From the NCBI GenBank assembly GCA_013289955.1, contig JABCYZ010000019.1, positions 28,090-92,089 of the forward strand: a stretch of 64,000 nucleotides of DNA, in the 5' to 3' direction. The notes under the pieces were generated by a model. It was given only the letters and a program-made list of their open reading frames with translations. It had not been told where the DNA came from and did no database searches. The translations under genes and the position numbers were made by a program. Shown piece after piece: positions 47,724 through 56,745 of the stretch (the first letter of the stretch is position 1; every line of letters starts with the position of its first letter). The DNA comes from Acidobacteriota bacterium (GTDB lineage: Bacteria; Acidobacteriota; Terriglobia; Acidiferrales; UBA7541).

Positions 47724-47749
47724 AAGAGCCCCGGGCAACCGGGGCTCTT
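47724..47749. terminator. Hairpin terminator between convergent efp and purB
   Basis: Perfect 11-bp stem AAGAGCCCCGG-GCAA-CCGGGGCTCTT. Confidence 0.75.
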
Positions 47750-47810
47750 CGTTCTTGGTACGAAGATCGTGCGCCTGCTCTTGCGCGCCGTGCCTCCAGC
47801 GCGCCCTTCC

Positions 47811-49148
47811 TCAGGCATTATTGGCGGCGGATTTTTCGCCGGCGGGATGCGCGCCGAAGACGCGGTCGAAAATGGCGTCGACGTGGCGAAGCTGCCGCTC
47901 TAGATCAAACGCGTGCGCGAGCGCCTTCGAATCGAGGTACTTTGTGATTCGCGCGTCATTCGTCACGCGCTCGCGGAAGCTCGACTCCGTCTCCCACGCG
48001 GCCATCGCGTTTTCCTGGACGGCTTTGTAAGCGTCATCGCGCGGCATGCCCTTCTCGACGAGGTCCAGCAGCAGCTGGCCGGAATACACCAGGCCGTGGG
48101 TGGATTCGAGATTGCGCAACATCCGCTCGGGGAAGACGCGCATATCGGCAATGATCCAGGTCATTTTCGCGAGCATGTAGTCGACGAGAATCGTCGAGTC
48201 CGGGAGGATGATGCGCTCGACGGAACTGTGCGAAATATCGCGTTCGTGCCAGAGCGCCACGTTTTCAAACGCTGCAATCATGTTCGAACGCACCAGCCGC
48301 GCGAGGCCGCAGATTTGTTCGCACGTCACGGGATTGCGCTTGTGCGGCATGGCGGAGCTGCCGCGCTGCTCCCCGCTGAAAGGCTCTTCCGCTTCGCGGA
48401 CTTCGGTGCGCTGCAAATGCCGGATTTCGAGGGCGATGGTTTCCAGGGTCGCCGCGATGAGCGCCAGCGCGCTGAGATACTGCGCGTGGCGATCCCTCTG
48501 AATCACCTGCGAAGCCACCGGCGCAACGCTCAAGCCGAGTCTCTTCGCGATGCGCTCTTCCATTTCCGGGCCAAGGTGTGAAGCGTTGCCAACAGCCCCG
48601 GAAATTTTCCCGACCGCCATCTGCTGGGCGGCGGCGCGAAACCGGCCGATGTTGCGCTGGTTTTCCGAGAACCAGTTCGCTATTTTTAATCCAAAAGTAA
48701 TCGGTTCCGCATGAACCCCATGGGTACGCCCGATTTGCGGTGTATTCCGAAACTGATGCGCGCGCAGATCCAACACCTCGCCGAACAACACAAGTCCCCG
48801 CTCGATGAGCTGCGAAGCTTCGCGAATCTGCAGCGCCTGGGCGGTATCAACGACGTCATTCGAAGTCAGCCCGTAGTGCAGCCAGCGCGCCGCGGCGGGA
48901 TCCCCGATGGATTCAACCACATCCATCGTGAACGCAATGACGTCATGCTTCACGCGCGCTTCGAGTTCGTGAATGCGCGGAACGTCTACTTTGGCGCGGG
49001 CTCGAATGGTCAGAGCGGCGTCTTTCGGCACAAGTCCAGCTTCGGCAAGCGTTTCCGTGGCGGCCAGCTCCACATCCAGCCATTTCTGGAAGCGATTCGC
49101 CTCGCTCCAGACCTGGCCCATCTCCTTGCGGGTGTAACGTGCGATCAA
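47811..49148 (-). CDS. purB: Adenylosuccinate lyase
   Basis: MIARYTR, KHDVIAF, HYGLTSND, GRTHGVHAEP and SSAMPHKRNP. Confidence 0.98.
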   Translation of the reverse strand: MIARYTRKEMGQVWSEANRFQKWLDVELAATETLAEAGLVPKDAALTIRARAKVDVPRIHELEARVKHDVIAFTMDVVESIGDPAAARWLHYGLTSNDVVDTAQALQIREASQLIERGLVLFGEVLDLRAHQFRNTPQIGRTHGVHAEPITFGLKIANWFSENQRNIGRFRAAAQQMAVGKISGAVGNASHLGPEMEERIAKRLGLSVAPVASQVIQRDRHAQYLSALALIAATLETIALEIRHLQRTEVREAEEPFSGEQRGSSAMPHKRNPVTCEQICGLARLVRSNMIAAFENVALWHERDISHSSVERIILPDSTILVDYMLAKMTWIIADMRVFPERMLRNLESTHGLVYSGQLLLDLVEKGMPRDDAYKAVQENAMAAWETESSFRERVTNDARITKYLDSKALAHAFDLERQLRHVDAIFDRVFGAHPAGEKSAANNA

Positions 49149-49319
49149 ACCGTCTCTCCTTGGGCGTTATTCGAGTCTCGCCCGATCAGACTATCCAAGG
49201 GCCAGCCAGATACAAGGTCCGGTATGGGCGCTTCCTCGCTCATCATACCGTAATTCAGACATACGAAGTGGCTGCAGGGAAACCAGGGGCGGCATCCGAG
49301 GAAGACCAGCCGCCCTAGG

Positions 49320-49361
49320 ATATAGATGGTCTATATGGTAGGCTATAGGCGGTCTATAGCC
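49320..49361. promoter_or_regulatory. Two tandem palindromic operators upstream of padR
   Basis: ATATAGA-tgg-TCTATAT (49320-49336) and GGCTATAG-gcggt-CTATAGCC (49341-49361); shared TATAG-N5-CTATA; centres 23 bp apart. Confidence 0.65.
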
Positions 49362-49382
49362 ATAGCGCCAGAGGAGAAATTC

Positions 49383-49736
49383 GTGCCGTATCAAAACCGG
49401 ATGGAATTGCTCCAAGGGACGCTCGACCTCCTGATCCTGCAAACTCTGATGTGGGGTCCGCGGCACGGCTACGGCATCGCCCAGGCCATTCGCGTGAACT
49501 CGGGAGAACTCCTGCAAGTCGATGCCGGATCGCTCTACCCGGCTCTGCACCGGCTCGAAAAGAAAAAATGGATCGGCGCGGAATGGAAAGTCTCGGAAAA
49601 CAAGCAGGACGTGAAGGTTTATAAACTTACGGCGGCGGGCAGGAAGCGCTTAACCGAAGAACGCACGCGGTGGGAACAGATCACGGACGCGATAGCGGGA
49701 GTGCTGAATCCTGCAAAGAAGGAGAACCAGCCATGA
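49383..49736 (+). CDS. PadR-family regulator, acidobacterial type
   Basis: LLQGTLDLLIL, HGYGIA, GSLYPALHRLE and YKLTAAGR. GTG start after GAGGAG; ATGA overlap with the permease. Confidence 0.93.
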   Translation: MPYQNRMELLQGTLDLLILQTLMWGPRHGYGIAQAIRVNSGELLQVDAGSLYPALHRLEKKKWIGAEWKVSENKQDVKVYKLTAAGRKRLTEERTRWEQITDAIAGVLNPAKKENQP

Positions 49737-52459
49737 AGCACTGGTGGAAATGGCGGAAACGAAGCGACGAGCTCGAAAAGGAGATCCGGCACCATTTGCA
49801 GATGGCGGAAACCGAGCGCCTCGAGAGAGGAGCATCAGAGTACGAAGCGCAGGCCGGAGCGCGGCGCGAATTCGGCAACGTAGGCCTGGTAAAGGAGCTG
49901 GCCCGAGACGCCTGGGGATGGCGCTGGCTCCTCGATCTGTACGAGGATTTGCGCTACGGCATGCGCACGCTCGGAAAGAGCCCGGGATTTGCGGCCACAG
50001 CGATCCTGACGCTGGCACTCGGCATCGGGGCAAACACGGCAATCTTCAGCATTCTCGATGCGGCCATCCTGAAACCCTTGCCGCTTAAGGATCCCAGCGC
50101 ATTGCTGATTATTGAATGGACGAACAGCGATTTCCCGGCCGGAGTAGATAACATAAATGGCGAGTTCAGTGAGATCCCGGGAGGCCGGGTTCGGGGCTCC
50201 TCGATCGGTGCGAACCTGTATCGCAAATTGGCGCGTGAACAAACGGATTTTGCCTCCGTCATAGGAATTGCGGACCCGGATTCCGTCGCCGTTGCTCTCG
50301 ATGCGTCCCCGGCTGAGGAGGTGAGCCTACAGTACGTCAGCGGCAATTTCTTCCAGGGGCTAGAGGCCTGGCCTCGGATTGGGCGGCCGTTCCGCGACGA
50401 GGAAGACCGCGTCGGTCAGGAGCCCGTGGTGATTGTGAGCCACCGTTTCTGGATGGAGCGGCTTGGTGGCGCGGGCGATGCGTTGAACCGCATCGTTCGC
50501 ATCAACAATGCGCCGGCGCGTATTGTTGGCGTGGCGCCGCCGGAGTTTTTTGGCCTGCGCGCCGGCCAGTGGACAGACGTTTACGCGCCGCTTGGAACGA
50601 GAGCCAGGTTTCAGCCGGGCGGAAGCAACGGCGCTGCCCAGGGCGAAGACGACCGGGATTGGTGGGTCCGTCCCGTAGGGCGGCTGAAACCCGGAACGCC
50701 GGAGTCCCTGGCCAAGATGCACATCGCCAGTCTGTTCAGCAAGCTAGCGGCCCAGGAGATGGATCTCGAGCCGTCCAAGATACCCGAATTGATCACTCTG
50801 CCGGGCGGCCGCGGCTTTCCTGCGCTCAATACCGAAGCGGCCAGGGCGCTTTGGATTTTGATGCTGCTGGTCGGAGTGCTGCTGCTCATCGTCTGCGCCA
50901 ACCTGGCGAATCTGGTGTTGTCCCGATCCGTGGTCAGACGCCGCGAGTCGGCCGTGCGCTTGGCGCTGGGTGCGACACGAGCGCGGATTTTTCGGCAGCA
51001 TTTGGTCGAGAGCGGATTGCTGGGATTTCTGGGGGGCGCTGGTGGACTTGCCTTGGGATACATCCTCGCGCAGGCCATTCAGCTATTGTTCCAGTCCGGC
51101 CGCGATCCAAGCAGCAAGTTTGATCTTCCCCTCGACCTGCGGGTGTTCGGATGCGCCGCTTTCCTCTCGATCCTCACGTCACTTCTCTTTGGCGCCATGC
51201 CAGCCGTAGAAGCTGCGCACGCTGAGCTCAGCGAGGCTCTGAAATCCCATGCGAGATCGGTCGTGGGTGGCCGGCTGCGGCTGCCGCGAGCATTGGTTTC
51301 CGTTCAGATAGCTTTGTGTTTGACGGCTCTGGTTGCGGCCGGGCTGCTGGGCCGTTCCCTCGAGAATCTGAAGTGGGCGGATGTCGGATTTGACCGGGAA
51401 AATCTTGCCTACGCTTCCATCAACCCCGGGCAGGCCGGATATTCCGCCGAGCAGATGGGCGCGTACGTGGACCGGGTGCGCGAAGAAATCGGCAGACTGC
51501 CAGGAGTTGTGAGCGTGAGCACCGTTGGGTTCCGCTTGTTATCCAGCGGCGGACAGTTGTCTCGTGTGAGCATTCCCGGGCATCCGTCTCTTACGGAGAA
51601 AGGCATGGTAACCCCAGCGCAGGCCGCAACTGAAAATTGGATCGGAGAGGGATTTTTCGAAACGCTGCACATCCCGTTGGTGGCTGGCAGGACGATTGAC
51701 CGGCGGGATATTCACCCGGACGGAGAGGCGGTAGTCGTGGATGAGCTTTTCGCACGGGATTTCTTTCCCAATGAAAATCCCATAGGACGCAGATTTGGAT
51801 TCAACCCGAAAGAGAATACTCGCTACGAAATCGCCGGCATAGTGCGAAGCACGCGCTACAACAGCCTGCGCGACGAACCGGTTCCAGCCGTTTACGAACC
51901 CTATGCTCGAGAGTCCCGGGGCCCGGTTCATTTCGCCATTCGCACGACGATCGATTCCGGCAGCCTGGCCCAGGCCGTGCGAGCGGGGATAGCTTCCGTT
52001 GATCCGGCGGTGCCAATGACCGAGTTTCACACGCAAAATGAGTTGATCGACCGGCTGCTTCGAACGGAGCGGCTCCTGGCTCTTCTGTCTGGAGCTTTTG
52101 GCGTCGTTGCGCTAACGCTCGCGGCGGTTGGAATTGGCGGTGTGCTGGCGTACGCAGTGGCTCGCCGAACAAACGAAATCGGAGTTCGCATGGCGTTGGG
52201 AGCTGCTACCACGGACGTAATGCGGATGGTCCTCCGCGATTCGCTTTGGATGGCAGGCACCGGAATTCTCATAGGGCTTCCGTGTGCCTATGCGATCGGG
52301 AAGATTTTGCGGGCGACGCTTTTCCGTCTTGAGCCCTTGGATCCCTGGACGGCGGCGCTCTCCTTTCTAACGCTGATGGCGGTTGCTCTGCTTGCAGCCT
52401 GGCTCCCGGCGCGGCGGGCGATGCGGGTCGATCCGGTGGTGGCGCTGAGGTATGAGTGA
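49733..52459 (+). CDS. Acidobacterial duplicated orphan ABC permease (ADOP/MacB-FtsX-like)
   Basis: ARREFGN, DLRYGMRTL.KSPGF, LALGIGANTAIFS, LLIVCANLANL, RLALGA and RTNEIGVRMALGA; two FtsX-like halves; no ATPase nearby. Confidence 0.92.
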   Translation: MKHWWKWRKRSDELEKEIRHHLQMAETERLERGASEYEAQAGARREFGNVGLVKELARDAWGWRWLLDLYEDLRYGMRTLGKSPGFAATAILTLALGIGANTAIFSILDAAILKPLPLKDPSALLIIEWTNSDFPAGVDNINGEFSEIPGGRVRGSSIGANLYRKLAREQTDFASVIGIADPDSVAVALDASPAEEVSLQYVSGNFFQGLEAWPRIGRPFRDEEDRVGQEPVVIVSHRFWMERLGGAGDALNRIVRINNAPARIVGVAPPEFFGLRAGQWTDVYAPLGTRARFQPGGSNGAAQGEDDRDWWVRPVGRLKPGTPESLAKMHIASLFSKLAAQEMDLEPSKIPELITLPGGRGFPALNTEAARALWILMLLVGVLLLIVCANLANLVLSRSVVRRRESAVRLALGATRARIFRQHLVESGLLGFLGGAGGLALGYILAQAIQLLFQSGRDPSSKFDLPLDLRVFGCAAFLSILTSLLFGAMPAVEAAHAELSEALKSHARSVVGGRLRLPRALVSVQIALCLTALVAAGLLGRSLENLKWADVGFDRENLAYASINPGQAGYSAEQMGAYVDRVREEIGRLPGVVSVSTVGFRLLSSGGQLSRVSIPGHPSLTEKGMVTPAQAATENWIGEGFFETLHIPLVAGRTIDRRDIHPDGEAVVVDELFARDFFPNENPIGRRFGFNPKENTRYEIAGIVRSTRYNSLRDEPVPAVYEPYARESRGPVHFAIRTTIDSGSLAQAVRAGIASVDPAVPMTEFHTQNELIDRLLRTERLLALLSGAFGVVALTLAAVGIGGVLAYAVARRTNEIGVRMALGAATTDVMRMVLRDSLWMAGTGILIGLPCAYAIGKILRATLFRLEPLDPWTAALSFLTLMAVALLAAWLPARRAMRVDPVVALRYE

Positions 52460-52653
52460 GGAAACAGGCGACGTAAGGAGTTAGAGAAGTAAAGAGCCCA
52501 GAGTCTCTGCGCGTTTCGAACTCCGCGCCTGGGAGTGGCAGAGTGGAACAATAGCGACGGTTTGATTTCGAGACATGGACTCGGCGGAACGGCGCCGCCC
52601 AGCCCTATGATATTGCCGCACTTACGGCCCAGCGTATAAAGTAGCTCTGGAAG

Positions 52654-52704
52654 TGTCCGAATTCGGACATCCCCACCTAACCGCAAAGCCCGTTTCCTGT
52701 CTAA
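52654..52704 (+). promoter_or_regulatory. 16-bp perfect palindrome plus candidate ECF promoter ahead of the sigma gene
   Basis: TGTCCGAATTCGGACA (52654-52669); AAC(52679)-N17-GTCTAA(52699). Confidence 0.5.
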
Positions 52705-52712
52705 TGATTCAG

Positions 52713-53405
52713 ATGAGCGAAAGCGCCGGAAGCACCCAAGACCGCGAGGCACTCCGGAACGCGGCCCGAGAAAGCGATGCCATCGCCGTGGAGCGCACGC
52801 TCGCCGGCGAGCGCGATGCTTTCCGAGTGCTGGTCGAGCGGCACAGCCAGCAGCTCTTCCGCCTGGCGTATCGCATGACCGGAAATGAGCATGACGCCGA
52901 GGAAGTGGTGCAAGAAGCTTTTCTCAGAGCCTATCGGAATCTCGGGCAATTCGGTTCGCGCGCGAATTTCGGCACCTGGGCGTACCGCATCGCCGCGAAT
53001 TACGCGATTGACCGCATGCGCCAAAAGCGTGTCGAGGATACGCGGCGCCAGACGCCGAGCAGCCTGGCGGAAGAGCAGGAGCAGGATCCCTTGGATTTGG
53101 TGCCGGACGAACGGCCAACTCCGGATCGTCTGGCGGGCAACACCGAGCTGAGGAAAAAGATGGAAGAGGCGTTAAAAGAGTTGAGCTCGTCGGAGCGGAC
53201 GGCGTTCGTGATGCGCCATTGGGAGGGCTGCGCGATCGAAGAGATCGCCGCGGTGCTGAAATCGACGACGAGCGCGGCGAAGAACACCGTTTTTCGTTCG
53301 GTACAGAAATTGCGGCGAGCGCTAGAACCGTATGTGGGAGCGCGGGGCCGGCTAGAGGCAAAAGCAGCCTGCGCGGCGCCGGAACCCAGGGGCACAGAAC
53401 TATGA
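52713..53405 (+). CDS. ECF RNA polymerase sigma factor
   Basis: Region 2 DAEEVVQEAFLRAY..FGTWAYRIAAN; region 4 ERTAFVMRHWEG..IEEIAAVL. Start 52704 or 52713. Confidence 0.95.
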   Translation: MSESAGSTQDREALRNAARESDAIAVERTLAGERDAFRVLVERHSQQLFRLAYRMTGNEHDAEEVVQEAFLRAYRNLGQFGSRANFGTWAYRIAANYAIDRMRQKRVEDTRRQTPSSLAEEQEQDPLDLVPDERPTPDRLAGNTELRKKMEEALKELSSSERTAFVMRHWEGCAIEEIAAVLKSTTSAAKNTVFRSVQKLRRALEPYVGARGRLEAKAACAAPEPRGTEL

Positions 53406-54193
53406 AACACCTGACAGAAGAAGAATTGATTGGCTATCGAGAGGGGGAGACTACGCAACGCGAAGCTATTGCCGAGCATTTGACGAGCTGCACCGCCTGC
53501 CGCACCGAGCTCGAGCGCATCGAAGCCGTGCTGAGCGCGCTGGATCATCTGCCTGTTCCCGAACGCGGCCCGGAGTACGGGCGCGCCGTGTGGCAGCAAA
53601 TCGCGCCGCGGCTTCCGGAAAGAGCAGGACGGGGTTGGCGTACCTGGCTCGAACCGCGCCGTTGGGTGGCCATCGGCGCAATGGCGGCCATGGTCGTCGC
53701 GGCGTTCGTCGCAGGCCGCTGGACGAAAAAACCCGATGCCGGCCCTATGGCCGCCAGCGTGGCGCAAGTTCGCGAACGCGTGCTGGTCGTGGCGGTCGGC
53801 GACCATTTGGGCAAATCAGAAATGGTGTTGATGGAACTGGCGAACGCTGCGCCGCCCGCCTCCGGGCCAAAGCAGATCAATATCTCGGCAGAACAGCAAC
53901 GAGCGGAAGATTTGCTGGATGCCAATCGCCTGTACCGCGAAACGGCCGAGCAGAATGGCGATCGAGCGCTGGCCGACGTTCTGGATGACCTCGAGCGCGT
54001 GTTAATGGACGTAGCCCATAGCCCGCAAGAAATTACGCCGGCGAAACTGGAATCGCTGCAGAAGCGCATCGAGGCGCATGGCATTTTGTTCAAAGTTCGC
54101 GTGGTCGGCAAGGAATTACAAGAAAAGCAGAACAAAACGAATTCCGCGCCAGCACAGACGGAATCGAAAGCAAGAGAGAGGAACAAGGCATGA
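53402..54193 (+). CDS. Zinc-binding (ZAS, HxxxCxxC) single-pass membrane anti-sigma factor
   Basis: HLTSCTAC; TM WVAIGAMAAMVVAAFVAG; helical C-terminal domain; ATGA coupling on both sides. Confidence 0.88.
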   Translation: MKHLTEEELIGYREGETTQREAIAEHLTSCTACRTELERIEAVLSALDHLPVPERGPEYGRAVWQQIAPRLPERAGRGWRTWLEPRRWVAIGAMAAMVVAAFVAGRWTKKPDAGPMAASVAQVRERVLVVAVGDHLGKSEMVLMELANAAPPASGPKQINISAEQQRAEDLLDANRLYRETAEQNGDRALADVLDDLERVLMDVAHSPQEITPAKLESLQKRIEAHGILFKVRVVGKELQEKQNKTNSAPAQTESKARERNKA

Positions 54194-55557
54194 GCATCGG
54201 AGAACGGACAAGCAGAGCGGTAAGAATCTGGGCGATCGCGGCGGGGTTGGTGATCGCGCCGTGGATGGCGAAGTCGGCAGTGGCCCATGGCTCTCGAGCG
54301 GCGAGCGACTCCTGGCAGGAACAGAGCAGCGCTGACCGTGAGCAGGAAGCCCGTGATCGCGAGCAGGAGAAACGCGACCGCGAAGAAGAAGCGCGCGACC
54401 GCGAACAGGAAAAGCGCGATCGCGAGCAGGAGCGGCTCGAACGGCTCGACGAACTCTACAGCGACGGCCGCGAGGCTCTCGACGAAGACCGCTACGACCG
54501 TGCCGCCGAGAAATTCAGCGAGCTTGCGTCGTTGAACGGCCCCCAGACGGATGCGGCGATGTATTGGAAGGCCTACGCCGAAAACAAGCTGGGCAAGAGA
54601 GACTCCGCGCTGGCCACGATTACCGATTTGGAGAAGAAATACGCGCAAAGCCGGTGGATAAAGGACGCCAAGGCGCTTGAAATCGAAGTCCGGCAATCGA
54701 ACGGGCAGCCCGCGCACCCTGAATCCCAGCCCGACGAAGACCTGAAAATGCTGGCCATCACCGGACTGATGAACAGTGATCCCCAGCGAGCCATGCCGTT
54801 GCTCGAAAAAGTGCTGAACGGTCCCGGCACCCCCAAGGAAAAGTCCAAGGCGCTTTTCGTGCTCGCACAAAACGGCTCGTCGCAATCGCGCGAAATTCTC
54901 GCACGCATTGCCCGCGGAGAGAGCAATCCGGACCTGCAGCGCAAAGCCGTCGAGTATCTGGGAATGTTCGGTGGACAAGAGTCGCGGCAAACGCTTGCGG
55001 CGATTTATGCGTCCACGAACGATGTCTCGGTGAAACGCGCCATTCTTCGCAGCTACATGGTCGGCGGCGACAAGGAGCACCTCTTTGCCGCGGCCAAGGG
55101 CGAGAAGGATGCGTCGCTGCGCGCGGAAGCGATCCGCCAGCTGGGCATCGTTCACGCACCGGAAGAATTACGCCAGCTTTATGCGGCCGAGACTACGCCC
55201 GAAGTGAAAAAGGACATCCTGCAGGCGTTCTTCCTCTCCGGCGACGCAAAATTCCTCGCAGAGGCAGCGCTGGGCGAAAAGGATCCGGAGATTCGCCGCA
55301 CAGCGATCCGCAATCTGGGTCTGGTCGGTTCTGCGGAGGCCAAGGAAGCGTTGCTGGCAATCTATGCGAAAGAGACTGACCGCGAGAACAAGGAGACAGT
55401 GCTCAACGCACTCTTCATTCAAGGCAACGCGCACGCGCTGGTGACGATTGCGCGAGGCGAAAAAGATCCGCAGCTTAAGAAGACGGCGGTCTCCAAACTC
55501 GCGTTGATGAATTCGAAAGAAGGTAACGATTATCTGATGGAGATTTTGCAGAAATAG
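54190..55557 (+). CDS. Exported protein: charged helical repeat + TPR + HEAT repeats
   Basis: Signal peptide; (R)DREQE(K/A) repeats; TPR-like AAMYWKAYA..KYAQSRW; HEAT units such as LQRKAVEYLG, LRAEAIRQLG and IRRTAIRNLG. Confidence 0.82.
   Translation: MSIGERTSRAVRIWAIAAGLVIAPWMAKSAVAHGSRAASDSWQEQSSADREQEARDREQEKRDREEEARDREQEKRDREQERLERLDELYSDGREALDEDRYDRAAEKFSELASLNGPQTDAAMYWKAYAENKLGKRDSALATITDLEKKYAQSRWIKDAKALEIEVRQSNGQPAHPESQPDEDLKMLAITGLMNSDPQRAMPLLEKVLNGPGTPKEKSKALFVLAQNGSSQSREILARIARGESNPDLQRKAVEYLGMFGGQESRQTLAAIYASTNDVSVKRAILRSYMVGGDKEHLFAAAKGEKDASLRAEAIRQLGIVHAPEELRQLYAAETTPEVKKDILQAFFLSGDAKFLAEAALGEKDPEIRRTAIRNLGLVGSAEAKEALLAIYAKETDRENKETVLNALFIQGNAHALVTIARGEKDPQLKKTAVSKLALMNSKEGNDYLMEILQK
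54334..54438 (+). repeat. 5 x 21-bp in-frame tandem repeat encoding DRE(Q/E)E(A/K/R)(R/L)
   Basis: gaccgtgagcaggaagcccgt / gatcgcgagcaggagaaacgc / gaccgcgaagaagaagcgcgc / gaccgcgaacaggaaaagcgc / gatcgcgagcaggagcggctc. Confidence 0.85.
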
Positions 55558-55622
55558 CTCACAGACGGATGACCTGCGGCTCGCGACTCTGGCAGTTCAG
55601 AAAGAAATGGAGTGAGGCGGAT

Positions 55623-56741
55623 ATGAAAACGTGGCACAGGATCTTGCTCGGGCAAACCATTCTCGGAGCGGTGCTATTTGCCTGCGGACCGTTGCTTGCG
55701 CGGCAGTCGGCGGAAACCCCGCAAGTGGTGAACGCAAAAATCGAAACGCGAGCAGTGAACGGATCTCTCGGGGCGACTCTCGAGAGCATCAAAGCGCAAG
55801 CGGACAAGCCGGAATGGGTCGGCTACAGCGTCGCCGAAATTACGGGCGACCGCACGGTGTGCTGCGGAAACTTCAACGATAGCTACGGCGGATGCGGCAC
55901 TTGCCGCCTCGAAAAGGAAAACGGCGTCATCGGCACGACCACGCCAAAAGACGCAACCGGCGGAACGGTCGAACTGGAGGGCTCGCGCCAGCTCGTCGTC
56001 CTCTTCCGGCTGGAAGGCAAACAGGTGATGCGCATTCGCGAAGCCTCGGAAAATTGCACGCTGGACGCAGGTGGCCTGCCGTTTATCTGGCTCACCGGCG
56101 TGAAACCTCGGGAGAGCGTGGCGCTGCTCGCCGATTTCGTCCACAAGTCAAGTTTTGAAGGTCATGGCGAACACGAAATTGGCCAGGGTGCGTTGTCGGC
56201 AATTGCCCTGCACGCGGACTCCTCAGCCGACCGAGCGCTCGAGTCATTCGTCGCCGCCGATCAGCCGGAACAGTTGCGCAAACACGCTTCCTTCTGGCTG
56301 GGAGCCTCGCGCGGCAAATCCGGTGAGGTGTTGTTAGAGGAAATGGCGAAGAGCGATCCGAGCCCCGAAGTTCGCTCGCAGGTGGCGTTCGCGCTCTCGG
56401 TGAGCCACGAGCCCGAAGCGCTCAATGAAATGATACGCATGGCCAAAGACGACAAGAGCACACACGTGCGCGGCCAGGCGCTCTTCTGGCTCGCGCAGAA
56501 GGCAGGGCAGAAAGCCATGGGCGCCATCACCGGCGCGATCGAAAACGATCCCGACACCGAAGTAAAAAAGAAAGCCGTTTTCGCCCTAAGCCAGATGCCG
56601 AAAGACGAGGGCGTGCCGAAACTCATCGAAGTAGCCAAAACCAACCGCAACCCCGAAGTGCGGAAGCAAGCCATGTTCTGGTTAGGACAGTCCAACGATC
56701 CGCGCGCGCTGGACTTTTTCGAGCAAGTGCTGTCTCGCTAG
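55623..56741 (+). CDS. Exported HEAT-repeat protein with a Cys-rich N-terminal domain
   Basis: Signal peptide; VCCGN..GCGTC; HEAT units LRKHASFWLG, VRSQVAFALS, VRGQALFWLA, VKKKAVFALS and VRKQAMFWLG. Confidence 0.82.
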   Translation: MKTWHRILLGQTILGAVLFACGPLLARQSAETPQVVNAKIETRAVNGSLGATLESIKAQADKPEWVGYSVAEITGDRTVCCGNFNDSYGGCGTCRLEKENGVIGTTTPKDATGGTVELEGSRQLVVLFRLEGKQVMRIREASENCTLDAGGLPFIWLTGVKPRESVALLADFVHKSSFEGHGEHEIGQGALSAIALHADSSADRALESFVAADQPEQLRKHASFWLGASRGKSGEVLLEEMAKSDPSPEVRSQVAFALSVSHEPEALNEMIRMAKDDKSTHVRGQALFWLAQKAGQKAMGAITGAIENDPDTEVKKKAVFALSQMPKDEGVPKLIEVAKTNRNPEVRKQAMFWLGQSNDPRALDFFEQVLSR

Positions 56742-56745
56742 GCCT

